A stretch of DNA of 64,000 nt, from positions 10,301-74,300 of the forward strand of contig DUQR01000035.1 of the NCBI GenBank assembly GCA_012837715.1. Direction: 5' to 3'. This document shows, in pieces, positions 48,079-57,118 of this stretch. The notes under the pieces were generated by a model. That model saw nothing but the letters and a program-made list of their open reading frames with translations, was not told the origin of the DNA and made no database searches. Both the position numbers and the translations under genes were made by a program. Positions within the stretch are counted from its first letter, which is position 1; the number at the start of each line of letters is the position of its first letter. The DNA comes from Bacillota bacterium. Its GTDB lineage: Bacteria > Bacillota > UBA4882 > UBA10575.

Positions 48079-48711
48079 TTGAAAAAGAAATCGGTTACCA
48101 CCAGCTTCCTTCTGGTCCTTCTGCTCCTAGTGCTGGTTACCCCTATGGCAACAGCGGAAGAACGCTTACCGGTGGTTCAGATTGAGACTGCCCCAAACGG
48201 AGTGTTCACCACCGAAGCTTGGGCACAGACCACTTCCCCTTATCTTTATAGTTTTCCTGGTAATTTAGCTATAAACTTATACGCAGCCTCCGATGGAAAA
48301 AAGCTATATTTAGGCTTTCAGGTGGAAGACTCCTTTTTATCCTTTACCGATGATTTCTCCTTGAATTTTAAGGGGAGTGATCATCTACGGCTTTATTTTT
48401 TCCCCGAAGGACAACAGCAACCCCCGGTGACTCTATATTTATTGCCTAACAGTAAAATTAAGGAGCCCCTGCTCAATATTGAGGGCGCCTCATGGCGGCA
48501 AACTAGTGTTACGGTGCGTTCCCTGCCGACAACAGAAGGTTATTTTTTAACCGTCACGATCGATTTAGCTAATCTGAAAACCGCCCCGCGGCAACGGGAA
48601 ATACCGCTGCAAATTATGGTTAATGAGATCAACAAAGAAGGAAAGACCAAAACCTACTGGCTATTTGGAATGGGGTTACAGGACTATGGCACCTTAGTGC
48701 TTGCTCGGTAA
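48079..48711 (+). CDS. Secreted hypothetical protein (beta-rich, possibly CBM9/DOMON-like)
   Basis: GGGAGG RBS with a TTG start, a signal peptide (LLVLLLLVLVTPMATA/EE), and a terminator downstream. The family guess is weak. Confidence 0.6.
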   Translation: MKKKSVTTSFLLVLLLLVLVTPMATAEERLPVVQIETAPNGVFTTEAWAQTTSPYLYSFPGNLAINLYAASDGKKLYLGFQVEDSFLSFTDDFSLNFKGSDHLRLYFFPEGQQQPPVTLYLLPNSKIKEPLLNIEGASWRQTSVTVRSLPTTEGYFLTVTIDLANLKTAPRQREIPLQIMVNEINKEGKTKTYWLFGMGLQDYGTLVLAR

Positions 48712-48737
48712 GGAATAAAACAACCAGTTGGTGACTG

Positions 48738-48764
48738 AAACAACCCAGAAGGGTTGTTTTTTTT
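48738..48764 (+). terminator. Intrinsic terminator after secreted-protein gene
   Basis: AAACAACCC-AGAA-GGGTTGTTT followed by TTTTT. Confidence 0.85.
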
Positions 48765-48905
48765 GTCCTATTTTGGGTTGAGCATTCATATAGATAAGCA
48801 GATAGTCGCTCAGCCAACAGCGGCCACCACCACGCGGTAGCCAGTCTGGGCGACGGAGCGGGTATGGGCAAATCCACCCGTCCAAATATGGAAAAAAAGG
48901 CATAA

Positions 48906-49014
48906 CTGGTAAGCTTCTCTTGTATATATTGAGATGAACACAGCTTGCTTGACAACGGAAGAATTTGCATAAATCTTGCGCGTTTGGGAGGTGTTGAAAA
49001 AAGAAGCTTACCAG
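48906..49014. repeat. 13-bp perfect inverted repeat bracketing the spoIVA upstream region
   Basis: CTGGTAAGCTTCT (48906-48918) and AGAAGCTTACCAG (49002-49014) are separated by 83 nt. The downstream arm lies about 20 nt before the spoIVA RBS. Confidence 0.6.
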
Positions 49015-49048
49015 TGAGGTTAGGTTAAAAGAAAAGGGGGGAGGAAGA

Positions 49049-50524
49049 TTGGAACGGTTTGATATCTTCAAAGATATCGCCGAACGTACAGATGGAAACA
49101 TCTATATAGGAGTTGTTGGACCGGTACGGACAGGGAAGTCAACATTTATTAAACGCTTCATGGAATTAATGGTATTACCGAAGATCACCGATTTACACCA
49201 TCGGGAACGAACCCAGGATGAAATGCCCCAAAGTGGCGCAGGCAAAACAATTATGACGACGGAACCAAAATTTATACCGGATGAAGCCATTCCGCTTTGT
49301 TTTGACCAAGTTGAATTAAAGGTACGCATGGTAGATTGTGTGGGTTATACGGTCACCGGCGCCAGGGGGTATGAAGATGAAACGGGCCCCAGAATGGTGA
49401 TCACCCCCTGGAGCACAACCCCGGTCCCATTTCAAACCGCAGCGGAAATGGGCACCAAAAAGGTGATTCAAGACCACTCCACGATCGGTTTGGTCATCAC
49501 CACCGACGGGAGTATTACGGAGATTCCGCGGGAGAACTACATCCCGGCTGAAGAAAAAGTCATCGCCGAATTGGCCGCCCTTGGCAAACCCTTTATTGTT
49601 CTGGTTAATTCCGTCCACCCGGAGGCCGAGGAGACCTTAGCCCTTGTTAACGAGTTACATGAAAAATATAATGTCCCGGTGCTGTCTGTTGACTGCCTGC
49701 GTATGGGAGAAGATGAAGTTAACCGGATGATGCAGAATGTCTTAAAGATGTTCCCAGTCTTGGAGATTCAAGTTAATTTTGTGGATTGGATTGAAGAACT
49801 ACCCGCCGACCACTGGCTGCGTTGCGCCTATGAAGAAGCGGTCTTGACTGCGGTCGCCACGGTAGAAAAAGTCAAGGATATTGAGGGAACCCTGTCCGAA
49901 CTAGAAAACAACGAATATATGGAAGAAGTATCCTTGGAAAAGGTGGATCTCGGTCAAGGAACAGTGAGTATTCGGATTAAGACGGCGGAGTCCCTCTTTT
50001 ACCAAGTACTTCAAGAAATCACCGGTCTTTCATTACAGAACAATGGTGACTTAATGCGGCATATTCAAGAACTGGTTATTGTAAAAAAAGAATACCAAAA
50101 GGTTTCCGGCGCCTTGGAGCAGGTAAAAGAGGTAGGATATGGTCTGGTGATGCCACAAATGGATGAGATTGAATTTGCCGAACCTCAGCTCATTCAGCAG
50201 GGTAGTCGGTGCGGTGTCCGGATTAAGGCATCCGCCCCGTCCTATCACTTTATCAAGGCTAACATCCAAACCGAAGTCATTCCGGTCGTTGGCACCGAGA
50301 AACAAGGGGAGGAGTTTGTCCGCTTTTTAAGTGAAGAATTTGAAAAAAATCCGGAAGGGATCTGGAAAACCGAATTCTTTGGTAAAACCCTACACGACTT
50401 GGTAAAAGAAGGGATCCAAGCCAAACTAAGCCGGATGCCAGCTCACGCCCAGGAAAAATTACAAGAAACCTTGACGAAAATTTTAAATGAGGGTAGCGGT
50501 GGGTTAATCTGCATTATAATTTAA
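49049..50524 (+). CDS. spoIVA: Stage IV sporulation protein A (spore coat basement-layer ATPase)
   Basis: N-terminus FDIFKDIAERTDGNIYIGVVGPVRTGKSTFIKRFM (Walker A), 491 aa, and a conserved C-terminus ...GGLICIII. Confidence 0.95.
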   Translation: MERFDIFKDIAERTDGNIYIGVVGPVRTGKSTFIKRFMELMVLPKITDLHHRERTQDEMPQSGAGKTIMTTEPKFIPDEAIPLCFDQVELKVRMVDCVGYTVTGARGYEDETGPRMVITPWSTTPVPFQTAAEMGTKKVIQDHSTIGLVITTDGSITEIPRENYIPAEEKVIAELAALGKPFIVLVNSVHPEAEETLALVNELHEKYNVPVLSVDCLRMGEDEVNRMMQNVLKMFPVLEIQVNFVDWIEELPADHWLRCAYEEAVLTAVATVEKVKDIEGTLSELENNEYMEEVSLEKVDLGQGTVSIRIKTAESLFYQVLQEITGLSLQNNGDLMRHIQELVIVKKEYQKVSGALEQVKEVGYGLVMPQMDEIEFAEPQLIQQGSRCGVRIKASAPSYHFIKANIQTEVIPVVGTEKQGEEFVRFLSEEFEKNPEGIWKTEFFGKTLHDLVKEGIQAKLSRMPAHAQEKLQETLTKILNEGSGGLICIII

Positions 50525-50544
50525 AACAAGCCGTTAATCTGGGA

Positions 50545-50574
50545 AAGCCGTGTAATGCACGGCTTAATTTTTTC
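50545..50574 (+). terminator. Intrinsic terminator after spoIVA
   Basis: AAGCCGTG-TAATG-CACGGCTT followed by AATTTTTT. Confidence 0.8.
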
Positions 50575-50601
50575 TCCTAACCGGTAAAAACCAATGATCA
50601 C

Positions 50602-50652
50602 AAGGTTTAATTGAAGATTTTTAGATTAGACAGAAGGAGAACGGGGAATTAT
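50602..50652 (+). repeat. Possible degenerate copy of the intergenic repeat (H)
   Basis: TTAGATTAGA...AAGGAGAACG shares the GATTAGA and AAGGAGAACG blocks with copy C but lacks the CAAAAAGC terminus. Confidence 0.25.
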
Positions 50653-50740
50653 CTAGAATAGATAATTGCAAATTACAAGGTAAGTATTGAAAGCTACTTT
50701 CCATAATGCGCTGGTAAGGCGCTAGAAGGAGGTGAAGTTA

Positions 50741-51016
50741 GTGACAAAGACCGAATTAATCGATCAAGTTGCGGAAAAAAGTGGTTTGACCAAGAAAGAC
50801 TCAGGGAAAGCGGTTGACGCTGTTTTTTCGGCGATGACCGAAGCTTTATCGAAAGGAGATAAAATTTTACTCGTTGGTTTCGGTAGTTTTGAGGTGAAGG
50901 AAAGAAGCGCCCGGACGGGACGTAACCCACAAACCGGAGCTACGATCGAAATTAAAGCGAGGAAAGTACCTGTATTTAAACCGGGTAAGGCCTTAAAAGA
51001 GGCTGTTGACCGGTAA
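50741..51016 (+). CDS. hup: DNA-binding protein HU
   Basis: [12 protein letters not shown]...[21 protein letters not shown] motif. The GTG start lies 5 nt after GGAGGTGA. Confidence 0.92.
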   Translation: MTKTELIDQVAEKSGLTKKDSGKAVDAVFSAMTEALSKGDKILLVGFGSFEVKERSARTGRNPQTGATIEIKARKVPVFKPGKALKEAVDR

Positions 51017-51074
51017 TTGTCTTGAAAAGAAACTGTCTTACTGTCTACGGAGAAGGCTCCGTTGCACGTACTAC

Positions 51075-51105
51075 AAGGCCCTCCCTTTAGTTGGGGGCCT
51101 TTTCT
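51075..51105 (+). terminator. Hairpin terminator after hup
   Basis: AAGGCCC...GGGCCTT followed by TTC. The inner stem is imperfect. Confidence 0.55.
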
Positions 51106-51379
51106 GATATGAGGGAACCCCATCCTTACCTGCAATCTATTGTTTTAACTTCAATTAAGCGCTCTTCCCTCCGTATTTTTTTGCAACCATACGGAACTGT
51201 CTTCCTCTTTTTACGTTTCAATCTTATATGCGGGAATTAAGTAATACCTGAAGCTTTTATTTGGACACAATAGATCATCTCCAACCCAAGGCGGCGGCTC
51301 ATAGAGAGTGCTTAAGCTTAAATTAAGAGAAAAAAACATTCCTTAAATAAGTGCTAATTGCGATCTGGAGGGGATTATT

Positions 51380-51949
51380 TTGAAAGGAAAAGCGATTCTA
51401 CGGGAGATCTTAGAGGTTGTCCTCCCTGCTTTAGTCCTCTTTCTGGTTCTCCGGGCCTTTATTGTTGAAGCCAGGTATGTGCCGAGTCCGTCCATGCGCC
51501 CGACGATCATCGAATGGGATCGATTTTTGGTCGAGAAGGTTTCTTACCGCTTTCGTGAACCAAAACGCGGCGATATAGTGGTTTTTCATCCTACGGAAGA
51601 AGCAAATGCCTTAGCCAATGAAGAACAATTACGGCGGGGAGAACACCAGGTCAAGCTGGACGATTTTATTAAAAGGATCATTGGACTACCGGGAGAGACT
51701 ATAGAGATCACCGCAGGGAAAGTCTGGGTTAACGGTGAACCCCTTCCGGAAGAGTATATTTCACCCGATCGACGTCCCATATACGAATTTGGACCAGTAA
51801 CCATTGGTGAAGATGAGTATTTTGTTTTGGGGGATAATAGGAACCAAAGCTGGGATAGTCACTATTGGGGGTTCCTCCCCCGGAAGAATATTGTGGGCCG
51901 GGCTTTCTGGCGTTTTTGGCCTCTCAAGCGGATGGGCTTGATCCGTTAA
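51380..51949 (+). CDS. lepB: Signal peptidase I
   Basis: Catalytic boxes SPSMRPT, KRIIGLPGE and GDNRNQSWDSHYWG. Confidence 0.9.
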   Translation: MKGKAILREILEVVLPALVLFLVLRAFIVEARYVPSPSMRPTIIEWDRFLVEKVSYRFREPKRGDIVVFHPTEEANALANEEQLRRGEHQVKLDDFIKRIIGLPGETIEITAGKVWVNGEPLPEEYISPDRRPIYEFGPVTIGEDEYFVLGDNRNQSWDSHYWGFLPRKNIVGRAFWRFWPLKRMGLIR

Positions 51950-51967
51950 GAAAAAGGAGTTGCACCA

Positions 51968-52597
51968 ATGAAATTACAACAGTTTATCTTGGGTGAACTG
52001 AAAGTAAACACCTATCTTCTCTCCGATGAAGAAACAAGGGAAACCGTTTGTCTGGACCCGGGGGGGCCGCCCCAAGAGATTTTAGCGGAGTTGGCCAGCC
52101 ACAATTTAAAGTTAAAATATATCCTGCTTACCCATGGGCATTACGACCATATTGCCGGCGTCAATGAATTAAAAGCAACAACCGACGCGGTGGTGGCGGT
52201 CCATGTCAGCGATGCCGACTGGTTAGCCAACCCGGCGCTCAATTTATCGACCCTCTTCGGCACCGAAATAGTAGTGAAAGCGGATCAATTGTTAAACGAC
52301 GGCGATATCCTTTGCCTGGGTTCAAATATGTTGACTATTCACCATACCCCCGGACATACTCCGGGCGGCATTTCCATCACCACTCCCTCTCTGTTATTTA
52401 GTGGGGATACCCTTTTTGCTGGCAGCATCGGCCGGACCGATTTACCGGGGGGTGATCCGATCGCTTTAGACAACAGTCTGCGTAAACTGCTCAAGCTCCC
52501 TGCCGAAACCCGGGTCTTTCCCGGTCATGGTCCCGGGACCTTCCTCGGCCGGGAAAAACAGCACAATCCCTTTCTTCAGCAATTGGTGGGGAAATAA
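51968..52597 (+). CDS. MBL-fold metallo-hydrolase (glyoxalase II-like)
   Basis: THGHYDH motif with downstream His/Asp ligands (HTPGHTPG, GDTLF). Confidence 0.85.
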   Translation: MKLQQFILGELKVNTYLLSDEETRETVCLDPGGPPQEILAELASHNLKLKYILLTHGHYDHIAGVNELKATTDAVVAVHVSDADWLANPALNLSTLFGTEIVVKADQLLNDGDILCLGSNMLTIHHTPGHTPGGISITTPSLLFSGDTLFAGSIGRTDLPGGDPIALDNSLRKLLKLPAETRVFPGHGPGTFLGREKQHNPFLQQLVGK

Positions 52598-54073
52598 ATG
52601 GCATCATATGTGTTGAACTGCAATTTACAGGGAAACCAACGGAATATGGAAAATATGGTCCGTGCCGTCGATCCCGAAGCGGTCTTTATCGAAAAAGGTC
52701 AGGCCGACTACAGGATCGATCTTCTAGTCAGCACGGAAGAAAAGCATCTTGTTTGCCAAGGCGTAATTATCGGCAACCGGACTGGCGTTATCTCCTTTAC
52801 CGACCAGGAGATTACCGACCCCCGCTATGAAGCCAACGCTTACAGGCAACGCCTAAAGGAAGTGGTACGCAAAGCAATTCTAATTCTACTCAAGAAAGTT
52901 GGCTTCGCCCAACCACCCTGGGGCATCCTAACCGGCGTCCGCCCCAGTAAAATTTATCATTATTTCCGCGATTTACACTTTGAACCCGGTGAGATAAAGC
53001 AGAAATTAGAAACCCTTTTTCTGCTGCCACCGGATAAAGCCAAGCTCTTAACCGAGGTGGGGGAGGTCCAAAGACCCTTTTTCAATAAGGTTGGGGAAAG
53101 CATCAGCATCTATGTGGGCATTCCTTTTTGTCCAACCAAGTGTCACTATTGTTCCTTTGCTTCCTATCCATTAACAACCCATGCCCACTTAGTGGAGGGG
53201 TTCTTAGGAGCCCTCAGATATGAAGTGCGGGAAATCGGCCAGACGCTCAGCCGGACGGGTTTACTCCCGGTCACCCTTTATATCGGTGGCGGAACCCCAA
53301 CGGTTCTGACGACAGTCCAACTAAAGCAGCTGCTGGAGTTGATCGACCAATATATACCCCGCAGGGCGCTTTTGGAATTTTCGGTGGAAGCGGGCCGGCC
53401 TGATACTTTGGACCGGGAGAAACTAATCCTCCTCCGGGATTACGGGGTTAACCGCGTGAGTGTCAACCCGCAGACCATTAACCCCCGAACTTTAAAACGG
53501 ATCGGTCGGAAGCACACGGTTGCCCAGTGGGAAAAGGCTGTAGAAATGGTCAGAGCGATTGGCTTTCCTTGCTTAAATATGGATATGATCATCGGCTTAC
53601 CGGGTGAAGGGGAAGAAGATTGGGACCAAACCCTCCAAAAACTGTTGGTTTATGGCGCGGAAAATATCACCCTGCATACTTTAGCACCAAAAAAAGCGGC
53701 AACCTGGGATTTTACCCAAGTTAAAGCGGAGATTAGCGCCGAAAAAGTCGCCCGTTGGTTAGGAGGGAGCGCCCTCCGGTTACGGACCGAAGGTTACTAC
53801 CCCTATTATCTTTACCGGCAAAGAAGAAGTGTGGCGGAACAAGAAAATTGCGGTTATACCCTTCCGGGTTGGGAAGGCATCTACAACATCATTATGATGG
53901 AAGAACGCTCTACGGTCTTAGGTTTGGGAGGGGGAGGGATGAGTAAATGGGTTGACCCGGTAACAACAAAGATAACCCGGACCCCCAACCCCAAATGTCC
54001 GGCTACTTACCGGGGCCGAATTAAGGAATTAGTGGCGGAAAAAGTCAAGAACCTATTGGCGATGGTGAATTGA
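52598..54073 (+). CDS. Radical SAM coproporphyrinogen-dehydrogenase-like protein (HemZ/HemN family)
   Basis: GIPFCPTKCHYCSF cluster motif, GGGTP motif and a HemN-like C-terminus. Confidence 0.8.
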   Translation: MASYVLNCNLQGNQRNMENMVRAVDPEAVFIEKGQADYRIDLLVSTEEKHLVCQGVIIGNRTGVISFTDQEITDPRYEANAYRQRLKEVVRKAILILLKKVGFAQPPWGILTGVRPSKIYHYFRDLHFEPGEIKQKLETLFLLPPDKAKLLTEVGEVQRPFFNKVGESISIYVGIPFCPTKCHYCSFASYPLTTHAHLVEGFLGALRYEVREIGQTLSRTGLLPVTLYIGGGTPTVLTTVQLKQLLELIDQYIPRRALLEFSVEAGRPDTLDREKLILLRDYGVNRVSVNPQTINPRTLKRIGRKHTVAQWEKAVEMVRAIGFPCLNMDMIIGLPGEGEEDWDQTLQKLLVYGAENITLHTLAPKKAATWDFTQVKAEISAEKVARWLGGSALRLRTEGYYPYYLYRQRRSVAEQENCGYTLPGWEGIYNIIMMEERSTVLGLGGGGMSKWVDPVTTKITRTPNPKCPATYRGRIKELVAEKVKNLLAMVN

Positions 54074-54098
54074 CAACGGAAGAGGCTTTAGGTACAAT
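54070..54098 (+). promoter_or_regulatory. Sigma-A promoter of PPIase gene
   Basis: TTGACA, 17-nt spacer, TACAAT. The -35 overlaps the hemZ-like stop codon. Confidence 0.7.
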
Positions 54099-54171
54099 TA
54101 GATAAGATGTTCCCTTGGAAGGTGTGGATTATTTCTTTACCGAAAGTAAAACCAATGATTAAGGAGGAATT

Positions 54172-55698
54172 TTGTTGGCTGGAATATTAAATATTCGCCG
54201 GTTATCCAAGACCTTTCTGAAACCGGTTGTCATTATTATAGTATTAGCGATGCTCGTCGGTGTATTTTATGCCTTTCCACGTTTAGGTGGCGTTAACCAG
54301 CAGGTTCTTTACCAAGGACCTTCCGCCCGGGTGAATGGGGTAAAAATTGAGGATCGGGATTTTAACGAAATTTTCCTTCGTTACTTGCAGCAATATGGAG
54401 CTTATTTAAGCGAAGACCAGATGAAAGCAAGTACTTTGGAATACTTGATCGAAAAGGAACTGATTAAGCAGGAGATTAAGAAAAGAAAAATCAGCGTTTC
54501 CGACCAGGAAGTCGAGGCTCTATTAAACGAAATCAAAGCCTACAACCAGATTGACAGCGAAGAAGAGATGGAGATGTTGATCTACCAGACCGGAGCCGGC
54601 GATCTGAAAGGCCTTCAGAAGATGCTCCATGAGATCCTGGCCGAACAGAAACTCTACACAGTTCTGGGGAAAGAAGCCAACCTTGAAGTCCCCGAAGAAG
54701 AGATCATTGCCAGTTATGAACAGCTGGAAGCAGCCCATATTTTGATTGCGACCAGTTCCGACGTGAGCGAGGAGCCCCTTTCCGATAAGGAAGCTTTAAA
54801 GAAAGCGGAAGAAATATATGAAAAGTTGCAAGCAGGCGCTAATTTCGCGGACTTAGCCAAAGAATACTCGGATGACCTAGGTAATAAGGATCAAGGTGGA
54901 CGGTTAGGCCGTGCCCCGATCGAGTATTTTAAAAATGCTTTTGTCCCCGAATTTGTAGAAGCCGCGCTCCAACTTAATGTGGGTGAATACAGCGCTCCAG
55001 TGAAAACCCAGTTTGGCTACCATCTGATCACCCTGCTGGAGAAGAAGTTAGCCCAGGGCGAAAAGTGGGAACAGGAGAAAGAAAAGATCAAAGAAGATCT
55101 GTTGGCCAATAAATTTTTGACCACTAAAAAGAATGAATGGGTTCAAGACCAGCGGCAAAAACACGCCAAAATCGAAATTTTAGATCCTTCCCTTTTAGGT
55201 TACCACTTAGTCCAAGAAGGAAAGTGGGCCGAAGCAACCATCGCCTATGAAAATGCCTTAAAAGATAAAAGGTATAAGAAGAATTTAAATACTTTCCTCG
55301 CCTTGGCGGAAGCCTATAAAGAAACAAACCAGTACGAGGCTGCCCTTGGTGTCTTTGAGCGTTTACCCAAAGATTTGAAAGATAATTACAATGTAGATTT
55401 AGCCAAAGCCGATGTCTACCAAAGTAAGGGCGACAAAGATGGGCTAAAAGCGGCCTTATCCGCTGCCGAAGCTAAAGCGGGAGAAGACATTACTTTGCTC
55501 AATCAAATATTGAACAAGATGAAAGCCGCTGAACTGACTGAGGAAACAGAAGCCTTAGCGGAAAAAATTGCCGCTCTTCAGCGGAAAATCCAAGAAGAAC
55601 AGGAAGCATTAAACAGAAAACTTGAAGAAGAGCAGAATAGACTCCAGGCTGAACTGAATCAGGAGGGAATTATCGAAACTCCGGAAGATGAGGAGTAA
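54172..55698 (+). CDS. Membrane-anchored parvulin-type peptidyl-prolyl isomerase (PrsA/SurA-like) with C-terminal TPR/coiled-coil
   Basis: N-terminal TM helix, a PpiC domain (AAHILI...FGYHLI), and a coiled-coil tail. Confidence 0.8.
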   Translation: MLAGILNIRRLSKTFLKPVVIIIVLAMLVGVFYAFPRLGGVNQQVLYQGPSARVNGVKIEDRDFNEIFLRYLQQYGAYLSEDQMKASTLEYLIEKELIKQEIKKRKISVSDQEVEALLNEIKAYNQIDSEEEMEMLIYQTGAGDLKGLQKMLHEILAEQKLYTVLGKEANLEVPEEEIIASYEQLEAAHILIATSSDVSEEPLSDKEALKKAEEIYEKLQAGANFADLAKEYSDDLGNKDQGGRLGRAPIEYFKNAFVPEFVEAALQLNVGEYSAPVKTQFGYHLITLLEKKLAQGEKWEQEKEKIKEDLLANKFLTTKKNEWVQDQRQKHAKIEILDPSLLGYHLVQEGKWAEATIAYENALKDKRYKKNLNTFLALAEAYKETNQYEAALGVFERLPKDLKDNYNVDLAKADVYQSKGDKDGLKAALSAAEAKAGEDITLLNQILNKMKAAELTEETEALAEKIAALQRKIQEEQEALNRKLEEEQNRLQAELNQEGIIETPEDEE

Positions 55699-55721
55699 CT
55701 TCTAGTCATAAAGGAGTGTGG

Positions 55722-55753
55722 GGGTGGAGGGCTGGTCCTTTCACCCTTTCTTT
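55722..55753 (+). terminator. Intrinsic terminator after PPIase gene
   Basis: GGGTGGAGGG-CTGGT-CCTTTCACCC (10 bp including G-U pairs) followed by TTTCTTT. Confidence 0.7.
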
Positions 55754-55820
55754 CCGTCACGATCAGAATGATGGGTTAAATCTGAGGTAAATTTTGCTAA
55801 TTATTTGTGAGGAACGGGGG

Positions 55821-57116
55821 ATGACTTTGATCACTGTACCACGGGGTACCTATGACATTATGCCGAAGCAAGCCTTGGCTTGGCAATGGCTGGAAAAAAA
55901 GATACGTCAAGTTTTCCTCTCCTACGGTTATGGGGAGATCCGTACCCCCATCTTTGAACACACCGAGCTCTTCCAACGGGGGATCGGCGCCACCACTGAT
56001 ATTGTGGAAAAAGAGATGTACACCTTTACGGATAAAGGGGGCAGAAGCATCACGCTCCGTCCGGAAGGGACAGCCCCAGTTGTCCGGGCTTACATTGAAC
56101 ATAAGCTCTACGGTCAAACTCCAGTGACGAAACTCTTTTACATAGGTCCGATGTTCCGACAAGAACGGCCTCAGGCTGGTCGTTTTCGCCAATTCCACCA
56201 GTTTGGGGTCGAAATGATTGGTGACGCCAGTCCGGTGGCGGATGCGGAAGTCATTCTGCTGGCCCATGACCTCTATCATCAACTGGGTTTGACCGATTTG
56301 GAAATTCATCTGAATTCAGTTGGTTGTCCCCACTGCCGACAAGAGTATAAAACGGCCCTTACTGCAGCCTTAAAGGCGGCCGCCGCTAAGCTATGTACGA
56401 CTTGCCAGTTACGCTTGGATCGTAATCCTTTACGCTTGTTGGACTGCAAAAATGCGTCCTGTCAAGAAATTATTAGTCAGGTTCCCCCGATCCAAAACTA
56501 TCATTGTGCAGACTGTCGCCACCATTTCGACCAGGTGGTTGCCTTGCTGGCAGAGGTCGATGTTAAATATAAACTCTCCCCCAAATTGGTGCGGGGGTTA
56601 GATTATTACTCCCGGACCGTTTTTGAGATTATCAATAATGAGCTCGGCGCGCAAAACGCCCTTTGTGGCGGAGGTCGTTATGATGGACTGGTCGAAGAAT
56701 GTGGCGGCCCCTCGGTGCCGGGAGTCGGTTTTGCTTCGGGAATCGAAAGGGTCCTGACTACGCTGGAGCAAAAAGGAATATTAGCGGATTTTCCCAACCA
56801 TCCCCAATTTTACCTTTTGCCTTTAGGTGAAGAGTTAACCACCATTGCCTTTTCCTTAGCAACGCAATTACGCCGGGCTGGTTATATCGTTGAATTGGGG
56901 AATGGGGCCAAAAGTCTAAAATCCCAACTCAAAACCGCGCATAAATCAGGAGCTGCTTTTGCCGTCATCATCGGAGAAGATGAATGGCAAGCGCGGGAGG
57001 TTACCCTCAAAACAATGGCGGATGGGAACCAAAAACGGTACTCCGTTGACGATCTGTTGGCACAACTTCCCCAGTTGGTCATCGCCCTTGAAAAAAGCGC
57101 TAGTAAGGAGGAATAA
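55821..57116 (+). CDS. hisS: Histidine--tRNA ligase
   Basis: Class II motifs ([38 protein letters not shown]). The start at MTLIT follows GGGGG. Confidence 0.95.
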   Translation: MTLITVPRGTYDIMPKQALAWQWLEKKIRQVFLSYGYGEIRTPIFEHTELFQRGIGATTDIVEKEMYTFTDKGGRSITLRPEGTAPVVRAYIEHKLYGQTPVTKLFYIGPMFRQERPQAGRFRQFHQFGVEMIGDASPVADAEVILLAHDLYHQLGLTDLEIHLNSVGCPHCRQEYKTALTAALKAAAAKLCTTCQLRLDRNPLRLLDCKNASCQEIISQVPPIQNYHCADCRHHFDQVVALLAEVDVKYKLSPKLVRGLDYYSRTVFEIINNELGAQNALCGGGRYDGLVEECGGPSVPGVGFASGIERVLTTLEQKGILADFPNHPQFYLLPLGEELTTIAFSLATQLRRAGYIVELGNGAKSLKSQLKTAHKSGAAFAVIIGEDEWQAREVTLKTMADGNQKRYSVDDLLAQLPQLVIALEKSASKEE

Positions 57117-57118
57117 AC

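Noticed and set aside
48920-48985. Sigma-E promoter for spoIVA (TATATATT as -35 and CATAAATC as -10).
   Set aside because: The two candidate boxes are about 40 nt apart, and neither has a properly spaced partner matching the recalled KMATATT-N14-CATACAHT pattern.
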